This document shows, piece by piece, positions 57,400-64,000 of a stretch of DNA of 64,000 nucleotides; position 1 is the stretch's first letter; every line of letters starts with the position of its first letter. The notes below the pieces were generated by a model. It saw only the letters and a list, made by a program, of their open reading frames with translations. It had not been told where the DNA came from and did no database searches. The stretch comes from Patescibacteria group bacterium. Its GTDB lineage: Bacteria; Patescibacteriota; Minisyncoccia; UBA6257; 2-01-FULL-56-20. The position numbers were made by a program, and so were the translations under genes. The DNA lies in the NCBI GenBank assembly GCA_024654525.1, contig JANLHI010000002.1, forward strand, positions 16,496-80,495, read 5' to 3'.

Positions 57400-58767
57400 A
57401 TGGCCGAATTGATGGATAAAATTGTTTCGCTTTCGAAGCGCAGGGGATTTGTGTTTCCCGGATCCGAAATTTACGGAGGATTTGCATCCACATATGATTT
57501 TGGCCCCCTCGGATTTTTGCTGAAAAAAAATATCGAAAAAGCATGGCGTTATTGGAATGTTGAAAGCCGTACTGATGTGGTGGAGATTGAGGGGGCGATT
57601 TTTCTGCATCCCAAGGTGTGGGAAGCAAGCGGGCATGTCGGCGGATTTGCCGATGTATTGGTGGAGGATATGGTTACCCATAAACGATACCGCGCAGACC
57701 ATCTCATCGAAGAAGCAGGGATTTTGGAAAATGCCGGCGCTTTAAAACCGAAGGAAATAGATGAAATAATTGGCAATCATCACTTGAAAAGTCCTGAAGG
57801 AAATCAGCTTTCATCAGCAAAGCTTTTTAATTTATTAGTGAAGACCCACTTGGGTCCGGTGGAAAGCGATGCCACGGTTGCATATCTTAAAGGGGAAAGT
57901 TGTCAGAATATCTATGTCGACTATAAATCGGTTCAGGAAACGACGCGACGCAAACTTCCGTTTGGCATTGCGCAAATCGGCAAAGCATTTCGGAACGAAA
58001 TCACGGTAAAAAACTTCTTATTCCGTACTCGTGAATTTGAGCAGATGGATATGCAATATTTTGTCCGACCGGAAGATGCGGATAACTATTACGATGAGTG
58101 GAAAAAGAATCGAGATGCATTTTATACGGAATGCATGAGTTTTAAGAAGGAAAATATAAAGTGGAGACAACATGCTCCCGACGAGCGAGCGTTTTATGCC
58201 AAAGACGCGTGGGATGTCCAATATAAATTCGGAGAATTGGGCTTTCAGGAAATTGAAGGAGTCCATAATCGCGGCACGTATGATTTGGATCAGCATGCAA
58301 AGTTCTCCGGCCAAGACCTTTCTTATTTTGATGAAGAAACAAAGAAACGTTTCAATCCCGCGGTAGTGGAATGTTCCGGAGGATTCAATCGGTTGTTTTT
58401 GGCGACACTGTTCGAATTTTATAAAGAAGAAAAGGAGCGTACCGTGTTGGCATTTCCACCTCGTCTCGCGCCCTATAAAGCCGCAGTATTTCCTCTTTTG
58501 GCAAATAAACCTCAATTAGTTGATAAGGCGCGAGAGGTGTATGATGCGTTACGCAAAAATTTCATGATAGCGTGGGATGACAGGGGAAATATCGGCAAGC
58601 GGTATTATTCGCAAGACGAGATAGGAACACCTTATTGCATCACGGTGGATTTTGATTCGCTTGAGAAAGACAACGTTACGGTACGTGACCGCGATACCAC
58701 AACACAAGAGCGTGTTGCGATTAAGGATCTCGATAGCTTTTTAAGAGAAAAGATTTCCATGTCGTAG
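57400..58767 (+). CDS. glyQS: Glycine--tRNA ligase (alpha2 type)
   Basis: FVFPGSEIYGGFASTYDFGPLG and class II motifs are present. The track ORF starts at GTG 57361. Confidence 0.9.
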   Translation: MAELMDKIVSLSKRRGFVFPGSEIYGGFASTYDFGPLGFLLKKNIEKAWRYWNVESRTDVVEIEGAIFLHPKVWEASGHVGGFADVLVEDMVTHKRYRADHLIEEAGILENAGALKPKEIDEIIGNHHLKSPEGNQLSSAKLFNLLVKTHLGPVESDATVAYLKGESCQNIYVDYKSVQETTRRKLPFGIAQIGKAFRNEITVKNFLFRTREFEQMDMQYFVRPEDADNYYDEWKKNRDAFYTECMSFKKENIKWRQHAPDERAFYAKDAWDVQYKFGELGFQEIEGVHNRGTYDLDQHAKFSGQDLSYFDEETKKRFNPAVVECSGGFNRLFLATLFEFYKEEKERTVLAFPPRLAPYKAAVFPLLANKPQLVDKAREVYDALRKNFMIAWDDRGNIGKRYYSQDEIGTPYCITVDFDSLEKDNVTVRDRDTTTQERVAIKDLDSFLREKISMS

Positions 58768-58797
58768 GCAACGCATTATTTTCTATACGTTATTTCT

Positions 58798-60096
58798 ATG
58801 AGTTTTATAGTTCATGGCGGGCGTCCGCTTCAAGGAGAGGTAAAACTTGCAGGGTCAAAAAATGGAACGACAAAACTTATGGTTGCGGCGCTCCTTACCG
58901 ATGAGCCATGCACGTTGCATAATTTCCCTTCCATCGGTGATGTCGCAATCACCGCGGAACTTTGCAGGAAAATAGGAAGTGTCATCACTATACGCGATGG
59001 GAGTGCAACGATACACACGCCGGAAATCAAACAGAATAAAGTGGTAGAGCTTTCAAGAAGAAACCGTATTCCGATTCTTGCGATGGGCCCGCTTCTTGCG
59101 CGCGCAGGAGAGGCGGAAGTACCTATTTTGGGAGGCGATAAAATTGGACCACGTCCCGTCGATTTTCACTTGGATGCGCTTCGGGCGCTTGGCGCGACGG
59201 TGGAAGTTACCAAAACAAGCTATCTTGCTCGTGCGCCACAAGGACTCCGTGGAGCTTCAATCTCGCTTCCTTTTCCAAGCGTGGGAGCAACCGAGACAAG
59301 TATTCTTGCCGCGGTGCTTGCAAAGGGGGAAACGACTATAACGAACGCCGCATTGGAGCCGGAAATTATCAGTATGGTAAAGATGCTCCAAAATATGGGT
59401 GCCATTATTGAGCTTGGTGCAAATCGCGATATCTATATCGAAGGAGTTTCAAAACTTCGTGGTGTGGTGCATGAGATTATTCCAGACAGGAACGAAGCGG
59501 TGTCTTTTGCGTGTCTTGCGATTGCGACCGGAGGAGAAATTCTTGTACGCGGAGCGATACAGGATCATCTCATCACTTTCCTGAATGCGGTGCGTCGCGT
59601 GGGAGCGGAATATCGCGTTGTCTCGGGGGGTATTGTTTTTTTCCGTCCCGGACCGCTTCGCGCAATTACGGTTACTACTGCGCCACATCCGGGATTTATG
59701 ACAGACTGGCAACAACCATTTGCCGTGCTTCTTACGCAGGCACAAGGAATTTCATATATCCATGAAACCATTTATGAAGATCGTTTTGCATACGCTGAAG
59801 ATTTACGAGCGTTTGGAGCGCGTATATCCGTGGCGTATGAATGTCCCGCCGCGCAATGCAGATTTTTTGGAAAGAAATGCAATCACGTTGCGGCAATCGA
59901 AGGCCCCGTTGAACTCAATGCCGATGGAAAAGAATTTCATGTTCGTGATTTGCGTTCGGGAATGATCGATATTATCGCGGCGCTCGTATCCAAAGGAAAA
60001 ATGCGCATTGAAGGTGTTGATGAAATAGATCGCGGCTACGAACGAATTGATGAGCGGTTGCGGAAGCTTGGAGGGGATATCAAAAGAGAGGAATAG
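58798..60096 (+). CDS. murA: UDP-N-acetylglucosamine 1-carboxyvinyltransferase
   Basis: An EPSP-synthase fold begins at KLAGSKNGTTKLMVAALL. The predicted catalytic Cys lies in ...TDEPCTLHN. Confidence 0.9.
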   Translation: MSFIVHGGRPLQGEVKLAGSKNGTTKLMVAALLTDEPCTLHNFPSIGDVAITAELCRKIGSVITIRDGSATIHTPEIKQNKVVELSRRNRIPILAMGPLLARAGEAEVPILGGDKIGPRPVDFHLDALRALGATVEVTKTSYLARAPQGLRGASISLPFPSVGATETSILAAVLAKGETTITNAALEPEIISMVKMLQNMGAIIELGANRDIYIEGVSKLRGVVHEIIPDRNEAVSFACLAIATGGEILVRGAIQDHLITFLNAVRRVGAEYRVVSGGIVFFRPGPLRAITVTTAPHPGFMTDWQQPFAVLLTQAQGISYIHETIYEDRFAYAEDLRAFGARISVAYECPAAQCRFFGKKCNHVAAIEGPVELNADGKEFHVRDLRSGMIDIIAALVSKGKMRIEGVDEIDRGYERIDERLRKLGGDIKREE

Positions 60097-60177
60097 AACC
60101 GGAAGCTCAATTTTAAATAAGCAAGAAGCGTCCGCTTTCAATTGACCAAGAGGTGGTAGCGCGTTACAGTATATGCG

Positions 60178-61185
60178 ATGTTTACCACAAAAATTGGTAT
60201 CGATTTAGGAACTGCAAATACGGTCATTTATGTTCCCGGAAGGGGATTCATAATCAATGAGCCGACTATTGTTGCGCTCTCAAAACCGGACAATACCGTA
60301 CTTGCGGTAGGGGGTGAGGCGAAGGAAATGATAGGAAGAACGCCCGACGAGATCGTGGCATACCGGCCTCTTAAGGATGGCGTCATTGCCGACTATTATA
60401 TTACGAAAGCGATGCTTACCTATTTTATTGCCAAAGCACGCGGTCGTTTTAATATCTTTCGTCCAGATGTGGTAATCTCCGTTCCCGCAGGTATTACTCA
60501 AACGGAAAGGCGTGCGGTGGTGAATGCGGCGAGAGAAGCGGGTGCACGAAATGCATTCGTGGTGCGGGAACCGGTTTTGGCGGCGCTTGGTGCGGGAATC
60601 CCGATTAATGCGCGATCTGGAAACATGGTAATCAACATGGGGGGTGGTACTTCGGAGGTCGCAGTAATTGCGTTGGGAAATATTGTATCATGGACTTCGC
60701 TTCGTATCGCGGGAAACAAGTTTGATGCCGCAATCACCGAATATATCAAGAAAAAATATGCACTTGCAATCGGAGAGCAAAGTGCGGAGGTGGTAAAAAT
60801 CAACATTGGTGCGGCGATGCCGTCAAAAAACAAGATGGATTACAATGTGCGCGGACGCGATCTATTAAGCGGACTTCCGAAAGATGTAAAAATAACATCA
60901 GATGAAATTGCGGAAGCGCTCAATCATCTTCTTTTGGAGATTGCGGCATCGGTGCAGAACGTATTTAACGATACGCCACCCGAGCTTGTGGCGGATATTA
61001 TGGAAAAAGGAGTTATTCTCTCCGGCGGAAGCGTCCAATTACACCACCTCCCCGATTTTTTTGAACGATTTCTTGGCGTGCCGGCATATGTCGCCGAAGA
61101 TCCTTTGTTTTGTGTTGCGCGCGGTACGGGGATTATCCTAAATCATTTGGATACCTATAAACGTACACTTCTCAATAAAAGATAG
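60178..61185 (+). CDS. mreB: Rod shape-determining protein MreB
   Basis: IGIDLGTANTVIYV and NEPTIVAL match the actin-like ATPase motifs. Confidence 0.9.
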   Translation: MFTTKIGIDLGTANTVIYVPGRGFIINEPTIVALSKPDNTVLAVGGEAKEMIGRTPDEIVAYRPLKDGVIADYYITKAMLTYFIAKARGRFNIFRPDVVISVPAGITQTERRAVVNAAREAGARNAFVVREPVLAALGAGIPINARSGNMVINMGGGTSEVAVIALGNIVSWTSLRIAGNKFDAAITEYIKKKYALAIGEQSAEVVKINIGAAMPSKNKMDYNVRGRDLLSGLPKDVKITSDEIAEALNHLLLEIAASVQNVFNDTPPELVADIMEKGVILSGGSVQLHHLPDFFERFLGVPAYVAEDPLFCVARGTGIILNHLDTYKRTLLNKR

Positions 61186-61240
61186 CACAATTATTTTTTT
61201 TGATTGTCATTTTGAGATTTGTATTAAATTTTGAATTTCC

Positions 61241-62065
61241 ATGACCTTCGGTCATTCCCGTATTATAAAAACGTTACGCAGTCTCGCCGATGAAAAACGG
61301 ATTGCTCACGGATATCTTTTTTTCGGTCCCGAAGGAGTAGGGAAAAAGCGTATCGCGGAATCGTTCGCACATCATGTCGAAGGGGGATCTTTTTCTCCCT
61401 CGGAACATATTCTGAGCGATATGTTGATGACGGTGCCGGATGCCGAAGAGAAAATAGGAATTGATGCGGTGCGGCGATTAAAAGGTTTTCTTTATAGTAA
61501 GCCGAATATAAGTGTGTATCGATGTGCAATTATAGATGATGCGCACCGCATGACTCCCGAAGCCCAAAATGCATTGCTGAAAATTGCGGAAGAGCCTCCG
61601 CAGTCCGGAGTAGTGATACTTATTACTTCCGATAGAGATGCGTTAATGACCACACTCCGTTCTCGTATACAACAAATATACTTTGCGCCTTTTCCGCAAG
61701 AAAAAATTGAGACATGGCTTTCCGATGTGCATGGATATACTGCAGAAAAAGCAAAAAAATCGGCTCAAGTTTCGTGTGGTGCGCCGGGGAGAGCATTGCA
61801 TGCAACGCCCGATGAGGAAGACTATGACGCCACACAGTTTCTTTTTTCCTCCTTAAAGAGGAAGGATATTGTGAAGAGAATTATTGCACCCGTGGATTTC
61901 AACCTGGCGGATTTTCTCGATCGTTGTATTGCAATACTTGCGCGAGATATGAGAGAAGGAAAAACAATCGATAAAGGGCTGTGGCATCGTATGCTTTCTT
62001 TGCGACAGCGCGCCGCATATGGTACGCTCAATGCACGGATACAGCTTATGGCGTTGATGACGTGA
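61241..62065 (+). CDS. holB: DNA polymerase III delta' subunit
   Basis: HGYLFFGPEGVGKKRIAESFA is a P-loop-like clamp-loader motif. An SRC-like TLRSRIQ motif is present. Confidence 0.75.
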   Translation: MTFGHSRIIKTLRSLADEKRIAHGYLFFGPEGVGKKRIAESFAHHVEGGSFSPSEHILSDMLMTVPDAEEKIGIDAVRRLKGFLYSKPNISVYRCAIIDDAHRMTPEAQNALLKIAEEPPQSGVVILITSDRDALMTTLRSRIQQIYFAPFPQEKIETWLSDVHGYTAEKAKKSAQVSCGAPGRALHATPDEEDYDATQFLFSSLKRKDIVKRIIAPVDFNLADFLDRCIAILARDMREGKTIDKGLWHRMLSLRQRAAYGTLNARIQLMALMT

Positions 62066-62099
62066 TCGGCGAATTTACTGTAAGAATTTAACGATAATA

Positions 62100-62657
62100 A
62101 TGGATACAGTTCTCTTTTTAAAGACATTTGAGCAGGAGTTAAAATGTATAGAAGATAAAATTCGCGATACCTTGCGACTTATTCGAAGTAATCGTCCGTC
62201 TGCGGATCTTGTGGGAGATTTGCAAGTGAATTATTACGATCAGTGGTTTAGCGTGAAACAATTGGGAACACTTGCGATGCTTCCTCCTCGAGGAGTGCAA
62301 GTTACCGTATGGGATAAGAGTGCAATCGGTCCCATTACAAAAGCAATTGAAGATGCAAAAGTGGGACTTTCCGTTTCTACGGACGGAATGACGGTTCGCG
62401 CTACTCTTTCGGCACTTTCAAGCGAACGACGCGAAGAACTTGCAAAGACTGTGAAGAAGGAAACGGAAGAATCGCGCATTCGTATTCGTGCGGCGCGAGA
62501 TGAAGCCATTAAAAAACTCAAAACATCGGAAAACGAAGGGCATATAAGCGAAGATATATTGTTCAAAACAAAAGAAAAACTTCAAAAGATAGTAGAGGAA
62601 GCCAATCAAAGCGTGGAGGCGACGCTTGATGCGAAGCTTGCAGAACTTCAAGAATAA
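62100..62657 (+). CDS. frr: Ribosome recycling factor
   Basis: The 185-aa length fits RRF. The segment ...VSTDGMTVRATLSALSSERREELAKTVKKETEESRIRIRAARDEA supports the call. Confidence 0.85.
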   Translation: MDTVLFLKTFEQELKCIEDKIRDTLRLIRSNRPSADLVGDLQVNYYDQWFSVKQLGTLAMLPPRGVQVTVWDKSAIGPITKAIEDAKVGLSVSTDGMTVRATLSALSSERREELAKTVKKETEESRIRIRAARDEAIKKLKTSENEGHISEDILFKTKEKLQKIVEEANQSVEATLDAKLAELQE

Positions 62658-62659
62658 TC

Positions 62660-63700
62660 ATGTTTATCGCTTTCATTGTCATTATTGGTCTCTCGGTATT
62701 GATTCTTGGTCATGAACTTGGGCATTTTTTCGTGGCAAAATCATTGGGACTTCGTGTTGATGAGTTTGGGTTTGGTTTCCCTCCGCGTATCGCTGCGATT
62801 AAACGGGGAGAAACCGAATATAGTTTGAACTGGCTTCCGTTTGGTGGATTTGTGAAGATTGCCGGCGAAGATGGAGAAGAGGGTGCTCCTGCGCTTACTC
62901 ACGAAGAGAAGAAAAGACTATTTTCATATCAGAAAGCGCGAAGGCGCATAGCGGTGCTTGTTGCGGGTGTGGCGACCAATTTCATTCTCGGATGGTGGTT
63001 TTTTTCCGCGGCACTCATGATGGGAATTCCTCCTGCAATTGTAATAACGGGGACTGCGCCGGAATCTCCCGCGTCAAAGGCGGAGCTTGTAATGGGGGAT
63101 GTGTTTTTGGGGTTTGGGAGCGCGAAGGAGTTTATCGAATATGTGGGCGCACATAAGGGACAACCTGCCGATTTCAGCGTACTGGGAGCCGGTGGAGAGC
63201 GAAAAGTGAGTATGACACCCCGTAGTGATCCTCCGGAGGGAGAAGGGGCTCTTGGCGTTGCATTTGCCGAATCAGGAGAGCCGGCACATGGATTTTTTTC
63301 CGCTCTTTGGAAGGGATTAAATCGCACAGTTGAGATTACATGGCTCACGCTCGTAGGAATGGGTACTATGCTTTACGGGCTTATTGCACAACATCCTGTT
63401 GAAGGAATGGGAAGTGTTGTGGGACCCGTAGGTATTATTACGATTGCACAGCATACCGGACAAATCGGGTTTGCATATCTTTTGGAACTTGTCGGTTTGA
63501 TTTCTATAAACCTCGCAATCATAAATCTTATTCCGTTCCCGGCGCTTGATGGAGGAAGAATTTTGTTTATCGCAATAGAAAAAATAAAAGGAACCCCGAT
63601 TCCTCGCCATGTGGAGGGGATTGCAAATGGAGTGGGATTTCTTGCGCTTATCGCACTTATGGTGTTTGTCACGGTGAGAGATGTGGCGCGATGGTTTTGA
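62660..63700 (+). CDS. rseP: RIP metalloprotease RseP (site-2 protease)
   Basis: HELGHFFVAK (HExxH) and NLIPFPALDGGR (LDG motif) are present. A PDZ-like middle region is present. Confidence 0.85.
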   Translation: MFIAFIVIIGLSVLILGHELGHFFVAKSLGLRVDEFGFGFPPRIAAIKRGETEYSLNWLPFGGFVKIAGEDGEEGAPALTHEEKKRLFSYQKARRRIAVLVAGVATNFILGWWFFSAALMMGIPPAIVITGTAPESPASKAELVMGDVFLGFGSAKEFIEYVGAHKGQPADFSVLGAGGERKVSMTPRSDPPEGEGALGVAFAESGEPAHGFFSALWKGLNRTVEITWLTLVGMGTMLYGLIAQHPVEGMGSVVGPVGIITIAQHTGQIGFAYLLELVGLISINLAIINLIPFPALDGGRILFIAIEKIKGTPIPRHVEGIANGVGFLALIALMVFVTVRDVARWF

Positions 63701-63765
63701 GTAGGGATACTATTTCGTGTGTATTGGTGACTGTAAGATGAGCGGTAGCTGATATTTTAAATTCT

Positions 63766-64000
63766 TTATATGTGGCATGTCCCTCCACCGTTTTTAAGAA
63801 AGTATTGTTGATGATACTCTTCTGCGCGCCAAAATTTTCCCGCAGAGATTATTTCCGTAACAATATTTTTATCTGCATAGCGAGGCGATTGTTGTAGTCC
63901 CTCTTTGGCTTTACGCGCTGAATTTTCTTGTTCTGATGTATGGAAAAAAATCACCGAACGATATTGGGAGCCGATATCCGGACCTTGTCGATTTGAAGTT
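63766..64000 (-). CDS. msrA: Peptide methionine sulfoxide reductase MsrA, C-terminal part; the 5' end lies beyond the window
   Basis: GSQYRSVIFFHTSEQ...FWRAEEYHQQY matches the MsrA C-terminal consensus. The minus-strand frame is open to the window edge. Confidence 0.7.
   Translation of the reverse strand, partial: TSNRQGPDIGSQYRSVIFFHTSEQENSARKAKEGLQQSPRYADKNIVTEIISAGKFWRAEEYHQQYFLKNGGGTCHI

Overview
This 64-kb window comes from a small-genome bacterium. Most genes sit on the + strand in tight arrays, and few native genes have Shine-Dalgarno sequences. That, the interrupted 16S gene and several trimmed-down housekeeping genes are reminiscent of Candidate Phyla Radiation/Patescibacteria, but the lineage call is inference only.

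What is in the window:
- A complete 16S rRNA gene that is not followed by 23S. It is interrupted by a roughly 440-nt intervening sequence encoding a four-helix-bundle 'rRNA-IVS protein', and it carries a second roughly 75-nt expansion in helix 40.
- Housekeeping genes: rplS, rpmF, nusB, rnc, a hinge-less SMC-like gene, uppS, rpsP, a KH-domain protein, efp, mnmA, rpsB, tsf, recO, glyQS, murA, mreB, holB, frr, rseP, and partial PfkB and msrA genes at the two window edges.
- Three tRNAs: Leu-GAG, Ala-CGC and Tyr-GUA.
- A MacAB/HlyD-type efflux operon.
- A membrane-anchored serpin.
- Two sodium:solute symporter family (SSF) transporters.
- A frameshifted ECF sigma pseudogene.
- A tRNA-Ala-proximal accessory region: a Fic AMPylator, a small DEDDh exonuclease, and a Type III restriction-modification system whose mod and res genes are separated by two tightly coupled unknown ORFs. 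It is followed by TspO, KTSC and NYN genes, a TspO gene fragment, an HExxH secreted protein, an HTH-Doc toxin-antitoxin pair, RidA, and a Ser-hydrolase-NUDIX fusion.
- A GC-rich pyrF-pyrE cassette that has Shine-Dalgarno sequences and is flanked by repeat-plus-terminator modules.
- Several small repeat families: a GATATC-type palindrome around the rRNA, CCCGCC...GGCGGG hairpin elements (one inserted in-frame in mnmA), AAGGTTnAACCTT hairpins, and a TTCAAAATTCAAAA...GTGTTTGCG intergenic motif.

The most intriguing signals are the apparent absence of a CCUCC anti-Shine-Dalgarno at the 16S 3' end, the embedded ORFs inside the Type III restriction-modification operon, the IVS-bearing 16S, and the in-frame GC-rich insertion in mnmA.
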